Shown: piece after piece, positions 29,163-39,222 of the stretch | How positions within the stretch are numbered: the stretch's first letter is position 1 | Layout: the number at the start of each line of letters is the position of its first letter | Assembly: GCA_002690655.1 (NCBI GenBank) | Contig: NZFL01000007.1 | Coordinates: 2,003-66,002, forward strand | Reading direction: 5' to 3' | Source: Pedosphaera sp. | GTDB taxonomy: Bacteria > Verrucomicrobiota > Verrucomicrobiia > Limisphaerales > AAA164-E04 | Length of the DNA stretch: 64,000 nt | Position numbers and translations under genes: made by a program | Notes under the pieces: model-generated | Told to the model about the DNA's origin: nothing | The model's input: the letters and a program-made list of their open reading frames with translations, nothing else | Databases searched by the model: none

Positions 29163-31808
29163 TCAGACAAGCTCCTGGCCACCTCCATCGGCGCCTCCAC
29201 CATCAAGATCGATCAGAATCTCCCGTGGTTCCGCACCTTTGCTCGGTCCAACAACTCCTCGACGCTCAAGCTCATCCATGATTCGGGCAGCACGTGTGTA
29301 TCCCAACCTTAGGCGGCGCTGCATCATGGAAACACTCGCTTTTTGCTCAGAACGAATCACTTCGATGCATTTTTCAATCAATTCTTCGTCCTCATTACAA
29401 TCGCTCTCACCAATGGTGCTTGCAGGTTTACTCAGCTTTTCATGGATTTCCATTTCGTAGCTAGGCTTACCTTGCTTCGCAATGTGATCGACGACCGATT
29501 GAATTTCCTCATCCGTAATCAACACACCTTGAGCACGGATCAATTTAGCAGAGCCTGGAGGCAAATAAAACATGTCGCCTTTACCAAGCAATTTATCCGC
29601 CCCCATGGAATCGAGAATCGTGCGGGAATCGATTTTGGAAGCAACCTGGAATGCAATTCGTGCGGGAATGTTGGCCTTGATGACACCGGTAATCACATCG
29701 ACACTGGGACGTTGCGTTGCAACAATACAATGAATCCCTGCGGCTCGCGCCATTTGAGTGATACGTGCTATCGCCATTTCAACATCAGCAGGAGCGACAA
29801 GCATCAGGTCCGCAAGCTCATCAATGACAACAACGATGTAGCTAAGCTTGTCAGGAATCACGATATCATCCTCGCGAGGCACCGCAATTTCCTCATCAAT
29901 TTCGACGGCAAACCCCTCTGGATTGGCATTATCCTGGTTACCTTTATCCAAAGGGAGCTCTTGTTGATCCTTCAAAGGCTCATCTTTGGGACGATCATTA
30001 AAACTGGCAATATTACGCACACCTACCTTGGCAAATATTTGGTAACGTTTTTCCATTTCTGTAACAACCCATCGAAGGGCCAGCACGACCTTTTTCGGAT
30101 CAGTCACAACCGGTACAACCAAATGCGGCAAGGCGTTGTATTGCTGGAGTTCAACCACCTTCGGGTCAATCATGACCAATCGAAGGTCTTCGGGTGAGAA
30201 ACGGTAAAGCAAAGATGCGATAATGGCATTGATACAAACCGATTTACCGGAACCTGTCGAACCCGCGATGAGAAGATGAGGCATGTCCGCCAGGTCAGCC
30301 ACGATGGGTTTGCCATAAACGTCCTTTCCGAGTACGACCGGAATTCTAGCTTTGGAATTCTCCCACTCATCCGACTCAAGGAGATCCCGCATGATCACCT
30401 TGGTCTTGACGGCATTTGGAACTTCAACACCCACCGAACTTTTACCGGGAATAGGCGCAAGAATGTTAATGCGTTCGGCTTTTAAGGAGGCAGAAATATT
30501 ATTACTCAGCCCAGCGATTTTTTCCAATTTAATACCGGGAGCAGGATGTAGTTCATACCGAGTGATGGTTGGCCCCTTGGTAATGTCTCCGAGGGTAATT
30601 TCGATTCCAAATTGACCGAGCGTATTTTGCATCAACCGTGCATTGGCCATTAATTCTTCTTTTGAATCGGTCGGTTTCTGATTTGGATCAGGCTTGTTCA
30701 GGAACCGCATGGTTGGCAGATTGTAATCGCCTATGATCGGTGGCACCGATACCCGAATAGGTTTGGGTTGTTTGGAAGGACGTTTATAGGGCTGCGAAAC
30801 TGCTTTGGGAACTGGCAGCGGTTCCTGCTTTTTTCCGTCTTTGGATGGATCATCTTTATCCGTCCCTGGCAATTCTTCCCCGAGCCCAGCCTCTTCAACA
30901 GTACTTGATTTGCCAAGGATATCCTCAGTAGAAGCTCCCTTGACTTCGCCTGCGTGAATCACATCACCGACATGCATCAACGCAGGGTCCTTCGCAGTAT
31001 CACCTTTGCGTTTTCGTTTTTTGGGTTTTTCACTTTCTGTCGTCACAGAAAGATCGCGAATCTTGGGTTCAGGTACAGGCAGACCATCAACGCCCAAGCC
31101 TGATTTTTCAGCTTCTTCTCGAATTTCCTTCGCTTGTTTGGCAAGAGCACGAACTTTTCGGTGAAGCTTGCGCTCCTCATCAGAGGCATCGGCGTCTAGG
31201 TTGTCTCGACGATCACGCAGGCGTTCCCACAACTCGAACAACCATGCACTGACATTGAAATTTGTGATCGCAACGAGGCTGACGAGGTAGAATGTCAGGT
31301 AGAGGATGATGGCGCCTGTCCGGTTGAAAAAATACACAATCAGATAATCGTTCAAGAGATGCCCAATGAAACCGCCGGCCGGGTAAGAGCCGATGCTTTG
31401 GGTCAACTTGATCAATGACTCCTTGTAGAGATCCAACACACCCATGCAGGAAAGCATCAAGCCAGCTGCGGCACCACGCGCACGCCAGGAATTCATGAGA
31501 TACATCAGGAATGGCACAAAATGGGCCAATCCAAACCCAAGCAAAAACACTGGGGCAAGAAAAGAAGCCGCACCGAAAACAAAGAAAAGTGCATGCCCCA
31601 TCCATGCGCCGAAACGACCGATCCAATTTTCAGGAACCGGGTTTGGCGGCATACTATTCACGGACAAATCCGCTGGATCATAGGAAAAGAGAGCAACGAA
31701 TAGGAGCAATCCTAAACTGATAATCAACAGGCCCAGAACATCTCCCCAATCGCGGTGATTTGTCTGCTGTTTCTTGGGTCTCTTTTTCGCAGACTTTTTG
31801 CGAGGCAT
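29163..31808 (-). CDS. ftsK: DNA translocase FtsK/SpoIIIE
   Basis: It has N-terminal TM helices and a Pro/Lys-rich linker. Walker A is present (LLIAGSTGSGKSVCINAII). The C-terminal gamma domain reads (SVSMMQRRLRLGYTRAARIMDELERRGVVGP). The start is set at MPRKKSAKKR. Confidence 0.92.
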   Translation of the reverse strand: MPRKKSAKKRPKKQQTNHRDWGDVLGLLIISLGLLLFVALFSYDPADLSVNSMPPNPVPENWIGRFGAWMGHALFFVFGAASFLAPVFLLGFGLAHFVPFLMYLMNSWRARGAAAGLMLSCMGVLDLYKESLIKLTQSIGSYPAGGFIGHLLNDYLIVYFFNRTGAIILYLTFYLVSLVAITNFNVSAWLFELWERLRDRRDNLDADASDEERKLHRKVRALAKQAKEIREEAEKSGLGVDGLPVPEPKIRDLSVTTESEKPKKRKRKGDTAKDPALMHVGDVIHAGEVKGASTEDILGKSSTVEEAGLGEELPGTDKDDPSKDGKKQEPLPVPKAVSQPYKRPSKQPKPIRVSVPPIIGDYNLPTMRFLNKPDPNQKPTDSKEELMANARLMQNTLGQFGIEITLGDITKGPTITRYELHPAPGIKLEKIAGLSNNISASLKAERINILAPIPGKSSVGVEVPNAVKTKVIMRDLLESDEWENSKARIPVVLGKDVYGKPIVADLADMPHLLIAGSTGSGKSVCINAIIASLLYRFSPEDLRLVMIDPKVVELQQYNALPHLVVPVVTDPKKVVLALRWVVTEMEKRYQIFAKVGVRNIASFNDRPKDEPLKDQQELPLDKGNQDNANPEGFAVEIDEEIAVPREDDIVIPDKLSYIVVVIDELADLMLVAPADVEMAIARITQMARAAGIHCIVATQRPSVDVITGVIKANIPARIAFQVASKIDSRTILDSMGADKLLGKGDMFYLPPGSAKLIRAQGVLITDEEIQSVVDHIAKQGKPSYEMEIHEKLSKPASTIGESDCNEDEELIEKCIEVIRSEQKASVSMMQRRLRLGYTRAARIMDELERRGVVGPSKGAEPREILIDLDGGGADGGGQELV

Positions 31809-31888
31809 AGATAACAGCCTAATCAAGGCATTAGATTTGAACAATTGAAAATTATTTCGAATTCTGCGCGTGACTTGCACGTCCATCC

Positions 31889-32497
31889 ATGCAAGAACGA
31901 TCTCACGATCAAAAGCATATGAAACACGTTTTCAAAATGATGCTTGCGTATGCCATGGTGATAAGTTGTTTTGATCCATTGCAGGCGGGAGATTCCGAAA
32001 TTGCCATTATCGAGACCACCGAGGGGAAAATGGTTTTGGAATTATGGCCGGATGTCGCCCCCGGAACCGTTGAAAACTTCAAGAACCTTGCAAAAAAGGG
32101 GTTTTACGATGGGACAGCTTTTCATCGCATCATCAAAGGTTTACTCGCTCAGGGGGGAGACCCTCTGACTAAAGATCCTTCCAAAGAAAGCTTGTGGGGA
32201 ACCGGTGGACCTGGCTACGCCATCCGTGCTGAATTCAACCAACGCCCGCATCAACTGGGAGTTATTTCAATGACGCGAACAGCCAACCCCGATTCCGCCG
32301 GCAGCCAGTTTTTCATCTGCCTCGGTGATGCACCGCAGTTCAATGGAAAATTCGCATGCTTCGGCAAACTCAGGACGGGAGCGGAAGTATTGAGGAAAAT
32401 AGGAGAAACCCCAGTCAAAACCAGCGCAAACGGCGAACGGAGCAAACCCATCAAGAAGGTTTTGATCAAGAGCATCAAGGTCCGAAAAGCCAGTTGA
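31889..32497 (+). CDS. cyclophilin-type peptidyl-prolyl isomerase, secreted
   Basis: It contains GFYDGTAFHRIIKG...GGDP and SMTRTANPDSAGSQFFICL. A signal-like MKHVFKMMLAYAMVISCF suggests a start near 31919. Confidence 0.88.
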   Translation: MQERSHDQKHMKHVFKMMLAYAMVISCFDPLQAGDSEIAIIETTEGKMVLELWPDVAPGTVENFKNLAKKGFYDGTAFHRIIKGLLAQGGDPLTKDPSKESLWGTGGPGYAIRAEFNQRPHQLGVISMTRTANPDSAGSQFFICLGDAPQFNGKFACFGKLRTGAEVLRKIGETPVKTSANGERSKPIKKVLIKSIKVRKAS

Positions 32498-32597
32498 CCT
32501 CTCCGTCCATTCACGGAACAGCTTCCCAACCCCATTCTAGGGGCAATGCACTCATGATGTTTGCAAATTGGAGACCTAATGCCTATAGTGATTACAT

Positions 32598-33113
32598 ATG
32601 GCAGATTTGAGCACATCCATTGCAGTAATTGAAACCGATGCAGGAACCTTGAAATTGAAATTTTGGCCTGAGATCGCTCCCAAAACAGTTGAGAATTTCA
32701 CCAAATTAGCCGGCGAGGGCTTCTATGACGGCACAGCTTTCCATCGCATTGTCAAAGGCTTTATGATTCAGGGTGGTGATCCACTCAGTAAGGAGGATCA
32801 TCCAAATGTCGGGACAGGTGGCCCGGGTTATAAAATCAAAGCCGAATTCAATGATCGCCCCCATGTGAAAGGGGTTATCTCAATGGCTCGCTCCCAGCAC
32901 CCGGACTCGGCTGGAAGCCAATTCTTTATCTGCTTAGCTGAAGCTAATTTTCTGGATGGCCAATATACTGCATTCGGTGAATTGATCGAAGGAGATGATG
33001 TCCTTGATGCCATTGGGAATGCTCCAACACTCATGAGCGACAGCGGAGAAAAAAGCAAACCTGAAACTCGCATGGGTGTTAAATCCGTCAAGATCGAAAG
33101 CGCAGACGCTTGA
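32598..33113 (+). CDS. cyclophilin-type peptidyl-prolyl isomerase, cytoplasmic
   Basis: It contains GFYDGTAFHRIVKGFMIQGGDP and SMARSQHPDSAGSQFFICL, with no signal peptide. Confidence 0.9.
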   Translation: MADLSTSIAVIETDAGTLKLKFWPEIAPKTVENFTKLAGEGFYDGTAFHRIVKGFMIQGGDPLSKEDHPNVGTGGPGYKIKAEFNDRPHVKGVISMARSQHPDSAGSQFFICLAEANFLDGQYTAFGELIEGDDVLDAIGNAPTLMSDSGEKSKPETRMGVKSVKIESADA

Positions 33114-33146
33114 AAAAGCGGACGGAAGTTTCGCCGTTTTCCCCCC

Positions 33147-33386
33147 ATGGATAATCAGGCAAATGCTCCTTGCTCGAAAATCAAGGATTTGACGCAACTG
33201 GAGGCCTTGCTGAGGCAGTTCGGTTGCCCACCGGACAAAACCGATGTACTCGCGTCGCAACTGGACAAACGAGCTCACCAATTGGCATCCGTAAAAGGTA
33301 AATCCTATGAAGCGTCATTGATGCACTTACTGAGCCTCATGCGTCAGGGTTGGGCGGCGAAGGATAAAGGTATCTCCACACCATGA
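33147..33386 (+). CDS. hypothetical protein (79 aa)
   Basis: The ORF starts with ATG and has an ATGA overlap with the downstream NUDIX gene, which suggests translational coupling. I recognise no motif. Confidence 0.45.
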   Translation: MDNQANAPCSKIKDLTQLEALLRQFGCPPDKTDVLASQLDKRAHQLASVKGKSYEASLMHLLSLMRQGWAAKDKGISTP

Positions 33387-33928
33387 TTCAACCCTGGAAA
33401 ACCAAATCCACGAAGCAGCTTGCAAATTACCGGATTGCCACAGTCAGCTCTGCCATCAGGACCAACCCCCGTACGCAGAGGGATCATGAGTTTTATGTCA
33501 TGAATTGCCCTGACTGGGTGAACATCCTCGCCATCACACCCAATGAGGAAATGGTGATGGTAGAACAATTCAGACACGGCACAAACACCGTGGATCTTGA
33601 AATACCAGGGGGCGTGATGGACCCGGAGGATGATTCAGCGCTGGTGACCGGGATTCGGGAGTTACGCGAAGAAACAGGATATGAAGGCGTGGATGCAAGG
33701 ATTCTAGGGGAAATCGCGCCCAATCCGGCTATCATGAACAATTATTGCAGGACTGTTCTCATAGAACAATGTGAACTCAAGCATGCGACCGAGTTTGATT
33801 CTGGAGAAGATATTCAGACAAAACTAATTCCTGTATGCGAAATGGACCATTTAGTGGCTTCAGGCGCCATTCAACATTCTCTGGTTGTTGTTGCCTTCTA
33901 TCACTACAAACTGCTGAAACAGCTCTGA
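33383..33928 (+). CDS. NUDIX hydrolase (ADP-ribose pyrophosphatase-like)
   Basis: The Nudix box is present: GGVMDPEDDSALVTGIRELREETGYEG. Confidence 0.85.
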   Translation: MIQPWKTKSTKQLANYRIATVSSAIRTNPRTQRDHEFYVMNCPDWVNILAITPNEEMVMVEQFRHGTNTVDLEIPGGVMDPEDDSALVTGIRELREETGYEGVDARILGEIAPNPAIMNNYCRTVLIEQCELKHATEFDSGEDIQTKLIPVCEMDHLVASGAIQHSLVVVAFYHYKLLKQL

Positions 33929-34075
33929 GGGCAATCAAATGACCGCCTTTTGCTTATTTTTCTTTGGCATCAACGTCATTTGAAGTCATACTATCGAGAC
34001 TGACTCGGTCGCCGACCAGAGTCAGGTTCAAACAAACGAAACACTAAAAACGAATCTACAAGAATATAGAAATCT

Positions 34076-34675
34076 ATGAGCGTATTAGTTGCGAAAGAAG
34101 CCCCTGATTTTACAGCGGCGGCAGCCATGCCAGACGGAACAATCAGTGATATCAAATTGTCAGACTACAGAGGCAAATATGTGATCCTGTTTTTCTGGCC
34201 CTTGGATTTCACCTTCGTATGTCCAACCGAAATCATTGCCATGGATCATCGTCAACCCGCTTTCGCCGAATTGGGAGTGGAAGTGCTTGGAGTATCCATT
34301 GACTCGCAGTTCACACATCATGCCTGGCGAAACACGTCAGTCGATAAAGGTGGCATTGGCCCTGTCAAATTCCCCATCATTGCCGATGTAAACCATAAGA
34401 TCACTCAATCTTATGGGGTCGAACATCCTGACGCAAATGTAGCCATGAGAGGTACCTTCCTCATTGACAAAAACGGCGTTGTGCAGTCTCAGACAGTCAA
34501 CAATTTGCCACTGGGTCGCAACATCGACGAACATCTTCGTGTAGTAGAAGCCCTGAAATTCTTCGAAGAAAACGGCGAAGTTTGTCCCGCAGGGTGGAAC
34601 AAAGGCGATTCAGGAATGACACCTGACGCAGACGGTGTAGCAAGCTATCTCGCGGCGAACGCAGGTAAACTGTAA
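34076..34675 (+). CDS. typical 2-Cys peroxiredoxin (AhpC/Prx1 subfamily)
   Basis: It contains FFWPLDFTFVCPTEI (peroxidatic Cys) and ENGEVCPAGW (resolving Cys). No ahpF is adjacent. Confidence 0.9.
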   Translation: MSVLVAKEAPDFTAAAAMPDGTISDIKLSDYRGKYVILFFWPLDFTFVCPTEIIAMDHRQPAFAELGVEVLGVSIDSQFTHHAWRNTSVDKGGIGPVKFPIIADVNHKITQSYGVEHPDANVAMRGTFLIDKNGVVQSQTVNNLPLGRNIDEHLRVVEALKFFEENGEVCPAGWNKGDSGMTPDADGVASYLAANAGKL

Positions 34676-34700
34676 CCCTTTTAAAATCAAATTAATGAAA

Positions 34701-34732
34701 ATGCGGCAGATGATTCTGTCGCATTTTTTTTT
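34701..34732 (+). terminator. rho-independent terminator of the peroxiredoxin gene
   Basis: ATGCGGCAGA-tga-TTCTGTCGCAT forms a 10-bp stem with one G-U pair. A run of nine T follows, and the stem begins 26 nt after the stop codon. Confidence 0.8.
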
Positions 34733-34774
34733 GACCGCAGAAGTCACCTTGATGAAAGGCATGATAAGGTTGCC

Positions 34775-36694
34775 ATGGTGGCCCTTCTTGATTCTAATGA
34801 CTCCATGCGCGCACACAGGAGTCATCAATTAACCTTTGGATTACTTTGGGGTAGTATTGCAATAACCCTATTTTCCGCGAAACCTATGGCTGTTCAGGCG
34901 GCCAAGGAAAAACCCAACTTCGTCTTCATCCTTTCGGAGGACAACTCCAAACATTACCTCCGCCTTTATGGTGCGGAGTTAGGAGCCACACCCGCCATCG
35001 AATCTTTAGCAAGAGAGGGGCTGGTGTTTAATCACGCCTTTTCAAATGCACCGGTTTGCTCCGTCGCACGCACTACCTTGATGACCGGTATTTTGGCTCC
35101 GAAAGCAGGATTCCAATATCACCGGAAACACACACCAGCCCACTTACCCGAAGGCGTTCAAATGTGGCCCTCTTACCTGCGGGATGCAGGGTATTACACT
35201 ACAAATAACAGTAAAAAGGACTATAATGTCGTCGAAAGCGAGGGTGTTTGGGATGCATCCTCCAAAAAAGCCAACTGGCGCAATCGCCCTTCGAAAGATA
35301 CCCCTTTTTTTCATATGCAAACATTTGGGGTGTCTCATGAAAGCTCGCTACATTTTGCTAGAAAATCATTTCAGAACAATCAGCCCAAAACAAACCTAAG
35401 CGAAGTAACTCTAGCGCCTTATCACCCTGATACACCTACCTTTCGTTTTACTTATGCCCGTTATTTTGACCGTATCAAGCAAATGGACAGCATGGTGGAC
35501 AAATTGATAAAACAACTTGATGAAGACGGCCTTCTGGAAAATACCTTTATCTTTTACTTCGGAGACCATGGAGGCGTGCTTCCCCGTGGAAAGGGATACC
35601 TGCACGAAACCGGACTTCACATTCCCTTGGTTGTCCGCATTCCTGAACAATGGCGCACAGAGATTCCGTTGAAAATTGGATCACGAGTGAATGGATTTGT
35701 CAGTTTTATCGATTTTGGCCCTACATTGCTGCATCTTGCTGGACTGAATTCACCCAAAGTTATCGATGGTTCACCCTTCCTGGGCTCTGCCATTACAAAA
35801 GCCGCATTAGATCACAGAGACGAAACATTTGGCTATGCCGATCGATTTGATGAAAAATACGAAATGTGCCGATCGATTCGTAAAGGCCAGTTTAAATACA
35901 TTCGGAGTTTTCAACCATTCTATCCTGATGGATTACAAAACAATTATCGCTATATCATGCTGGCTTATGAGGAATGGCGTTCCTTGTTTGAACTGGGTAA
36001 ACTGAGTGAGCCTCAATCAGCTTTTTTCAAGACCAAGCCTGTAGAACAACTTTTCGATCTTAGCTCAGACCCTCACGAAACAGTAAATTTGGCTGGTAAC
36101 CAGGAATATAGAGCTGTCCTTCTTTCACTCCGCAACCGTCTGAACCAGAAAATGAATGCAATCCATGATCTCAGTTTTTACCCTGAAAACCATATGGTGA
36201 AACATGCGCTTGATGATGGTATTAAGTTCGGGCAGACGCATGCCGAGGAGATCAGACTACTGCAACAAACAGCAAACCTTGCTCTTTTGCCTTTTGAACA
36301 GGCCGAAGAGAATATCAGGCGTGCATTGAATCATGTCTCACCCCTTGTTCGATATTGGGCATTCACAGTGTGCAGTTCATTTGGTGTGAAAGCAAAACCG
36401 TTGCTCAAAAACGCTGAGTCTCGACTCAATGATCCTGACCCCTTAGTACGCGTCCGTGCTGCGGAATTTCTTGCATTGATCAGCGGGCAGGATCCGCGAC
36501 CTACTTTCTATCAGGTTTTAAATGAAAACCACGGCGAGCTCGTTTCACTGATCACCTTGAATGCAGTCGTTCTTTTTCATGACATGAAAAACGGCTACCC
36601 TTTTGATGTCAGCCAATTGAAAGACCCGGATGGCAGAAACGAAGTCAAACGTCGTCTGGATTATCTCGCAGGTCGCTTAGAGCAAAAGAAATAA
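34775..36694 (+). CDS. S1-type sulfatase with C-terminal HEAT-repeat region
   Basis: It contains PNFVFILSEDNS, NAPVCSVARTTLMTG and YFGDHGGVLPRGKGYLHETGLHIPLVV. C-terminal HEAT-like repeats are present (SPLVRYWAF..., DPDPLVRVRAAEFLALI). Confidence 0.8.
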   Translation: MVALLDSNDSMRAHRSHQLTFGLLWGSIAITLFSAKPMAVQAAKEKPNFVFILSEDNSKHYLRLYGAELGATPAIESLAREGLVFNHAFSNAPVCSVARTTLMTGILAPKAGFQYHRKHTPAHLPEGVQMWPSYLRDAGYYTTNNSKKDYNVVESEGVWDASSKKANWRNRPSKDTPFFHMQTFGVSHESSLHFARKSFQNNQPKTNLSEVTLAPYHPDTPTFRFTYARYFDRIKQMDSMVDKLIKQLDEDGLLENTFIFYFGDHGGVLPRGKGYLHETGLHIPLVVRIPEQWRTEIPLKIGSRVNGFVSFIDFGPTLLHLAGLNSPKVIDGSPFLGSAITKAALDHRDETFGYADRFDEKYEMCRSIRKGQFKYIRSFQPFYPDGLQNNYRYIMLAYEEWRSLFELGKLSEPQSAFFKTKPVEQLFDLSSDPHETVNLAGNQEYRAVLLSLRNRLNQKMNAIHDLSFYPENHMVKHALDDGIKFGQTHAEEIRLLQQTANLALLPFEQAEENIRRALNHVSPLVRYWAFTVCSSFGVKAKPLLKNAESRLNDPDPLVRVRAAEFLALISGQDPRPTFYQVLNENHGELVSLITLNAVVLFHDMKNGYPFDVSQLKDPDGRNEVKRRLDYLAGRLEQKK

Positions 36695-37090
36695 AGATCT
36701 TTTTGTCATTGAAGATGTGGGTAGTAACATTGATTGAAAGTCACTTTGAATTCCCGGAAAACCAAATTAAGGCAGGGTTCCCCATTTAACCCCACTCTTT
36801 GCATGAGAGAGAAAAAACATTGGGAACAGTATCAAAACCCCCAGCAACTTTTTCCGAAGTCACGCTTTAAAAACGCATTCTAAGGCTACGCGCTGCCGTC
36901 GGCTACAATATTTCACACGACGTGTAATTCTACCATTTTCTGGTGATATGGTGAGGTTCGCATTGCTTCAGTCTATCCAGAAATCACTGGAGCAGGTATT
37001 GGCCGCAAGCGCTCCAATGGGTTCTATCCTTACAATACCATAATGAACGCATTGAGTGAGATCGCAGAACAAGCAGCCCACAAACATGGC

Positions 37091-39199
37091 TCAAACAAAA
37101 CGCAGCTCAGAGATTGCTGCATCTGGGTCCCAGTTACGTGGAGGCTTTGTACGGATGAATTGAACCTCCTTGATTGAAATTTGATTTCCTTTGGCTTTGG
37201 CCGATTTCACCGCCAACTCACGGGGTTTTGCAATTTGTTGATTTACCTTTTGGCGAGGCGCCGCTTTAAATTTGATATAAAGGTCTTCAGGAGTTTCTTC
37301 TTCAAAGAATAGAACTTTGGATTTCTCTGGAGCCAGTCGGTAATCCTTGTTAGTGATCGTACCGCCAAATGTAAACCGCTTGAGGTAGGTCACTCCTTTG
37401 GCTTGGTAAGCCATGGTTATTTCCTGATCGCGATCGGGTCGAGCGCAATAAATCACATCTTTTCCTACGAACAATTTATCAGGCACTTCAATGACCTTGT
37501 ATGATCCATCCTTGAAGACCATTAATAATTTATCATATCTGGAACAAGGAATCTGAAACTCATCACCTGAAATCTTATGCCCTAAATAACCTTTGGCTCG
37601 GTCGTAGGAAAACTTGAGGGATTTGAAAGCCGCATCTTTGGCTGTGACAGCAACAAACTCCGTCAACTGCGTACGTCTCGGATATTGCCCCCCATATTTC
37701 TTAAGCAACCCTTTGATGTGATTAATCGTATATCGAGTGATTGATTTCAGGTATTTCCGCGTTTCTACCAAATCAGCCTGCACCTTTTCCATTTCCTCTT
37801 TGTGCCGGTTGATATCAAAAAGAGAAATGCGTCGAATTCGCACACCAAGCAACATTTCGATGTCATCATCAATGATGTCTCGATAATACTCGCTACGATA
37901 CGGCTCAAAACCTTTGTAAATCGCTTTGTAAATCGCTTCGTTCGATTTACAGGATTCAATTTTTTTATAGATACGATTTTCAATGAATATACGAACGAGG
38001 GTCTTGAAAAACAAATCTTCCAATAATTTTTGCTCTTTAAGTTCCAGCTCGCGCCGCAATAAATCGACCAGTTGCTGGGTATTGAATTCCAACACTTCAC
38101 TGACAGACATTTCAACCGGACGATTGTCTCGAATGACAATCAAGCGGCTTGAGACGCTCGTTTCACAACCCGTGAAGGCATAGAGAGCAGGTACCAGTTT
38201 TTCCGCATGCAACCCGGGGGGTGACTTGATTTCGATCTCAATCTTTTCGGCTGTAAAGTCATTGATGCTGCGCACCTTAAGTTTACCTTTGCGGGTGGCA
38301 TCCTCAATGGAGGAGATTAGTGACTCAGTAGTGGTGGCCGGGGGGATTTCAGTAATGTGAAGAGTCGACTGGTCCTTAACCTCAATCTTCGCTCGAATCT
38401 TGATACTACCTTTACCGTCGTTATAGGAGGAGGCATCCATCAAGCCTGCAGCCGGAAAGTCAGGCAGCACTTGAAAAGATTGTTTACGTAGAATAGAAAT
38501 CTGTGCTTCCAGGAGCTCACAAAAGTTATGGGGCAAAATTTTGGCTGACAGCCCTACCGCAATACCCTCCGCACCGAGCATAAGTAACAATGGAAGTTTA
38601 CTGGGAAGACAGACTGGCTCCTTGTTTCGACCATCATAACTGGGGACAAACTCGGTAAGTTCATTATTGAATAATTGAGTCCGCGACAGATCTGTCAACC
38701 GGCATTCAATATAACGCGAGGCAGCAGCGGGATCTCCGGTGAATACATTTCCAAAATTCCCCTGCCCTTCAATCAGGTATCGCTTGTTTGTCAGTACAAC
38801 CAATGCGTCGCCGATAGAAGCATCCCCATGAGGATGATACTGCATACTGTGCCCCACGATATTGGCGACTTTGATGAATTTACCATCATCGTTTTGATGC
38901 AGGGACCAGAGGATGCGCCGTTGCACGGGTTTCAATCCGTCAACGAGATTGGGAATCGCTCGATCCCGGATGACATAGGATGCGTATTCAAGAAAATTTT
39001 CATCCATTCGTCGCTGGAGCAAGGTTCCCTCTCCAAGCTTACCGAATTGTGAACTGGATCCGGATTCGTCATTTTGTTCCGTTGACGCGTCATCCGCTGA
39101 CTCAACCTCTGGAGATTCGGGCGTCACTTGATCCTCGATTGATTCAACAGGTTTGTCAGAGTCCTGAGGATGACCGTTTTTTTTCTTCTTGGGCGACAT
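37091..39199 (-). CDS. parC: type IIA topoisomerase subunit A (topoisomerase IV ParC-like)
   Basis: It contains YVIRDRAIPNLVDGLKPVQRRILWSL and MQYHPHGDASIGDALVVLTNKRYLIEGQGNFGN. It sits directly downstream of the B subunit. Distinguishing topo IV from gyrase by eye is uncertain. Confidence 0.85.
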   Translation of the reverse strand: MSPKKKKNGHPQDSDKPVESIEDQVTPESPEVESADDASTEQNDESGSSSQFGKLGEGTLLQRRMDENFLEYASYVIRDRAIPNLVDGLKPVQRRILWSLHQNDDGKFIKVANIVGHSMQYHPHGDASIGDALVVLTNKRYLIEGQGNFGNVFTGDPAAASRYIECRLTDLSRTQLFNNELTEFVPSYDGRNKEPVCLPSKLPLLLMLGAEGIAVGLSAKILPHNFCELLEAQISILRKQSFQVLPDFPAAGLMDASSYNDGKGSIKIRAKIEVKDQSTLHITEIPPATTTESLISSIEDATRKGKLKVRSINDFTAEKIEIEIKSPPGLHAEKLVPALYAFTGCETSVSSRLIVIRDNRPVEMSVSEVLEFNTQQLVDLLRRELELKEQKLLEDLFFKTLVRIFIENRIYKKIESCKSNEAIYKAIYKGFEPYRSEYYRDIIDDDIEMLLGVRIRRISLFDINRHKEEMEKVQADLVETRKYLKSITRYTINHIKGLLKKYGGQYPRRTQLTEFVAVTAKDAAFKSLKFSYDRAKGYLGHKISGDEFQIPCSRYDKLLMVFKDGSYKVIEVPDKLFVGKDVIYCARPDRDQEITMAYQAKGVTYLKRFTFGGTITNKDYRLAPEKSKVLFFEEETPEDLYIKFKAAPRQKVNQQIAKPRELAVKSAKAKGNQISIKEVQFIRTKPPRNWDPDAAISELRFV

Positions 39200-39222
39200 G
39201 ATGGTTGTTACTCAGCTCTATG

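Noticed and set aside
29343-30197. A 284-aa plus-strand ORF lies antisense to ftsK. Similar long antisense or shadow ORFs occur at 13661-14431, 9836-10483, 44788-45318, 54335-54883, 17773-18264 and 28532-28945.
   Set aside because: Each lies entirely inside a well-supported conserved gene on the opposite strand. Their composition is low-complexity and unlike real proteins (rich in R, N, H, F and C). They are the typical frame-complement shadows of highly constrained genes.
34000-34025. An imperfect hairpin, CTGACTCGGT…ACCAGAGTCAG, lies between the NUDIX gene and the peroxiredoxin gene. It could be a terminator or a redox-regulator site.
   Set aside because: It has no U-tract, a bulged stem and no second copy. 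I could not match it to a PerR- or OxyR-type box by eye. The evidence is too weak to call.
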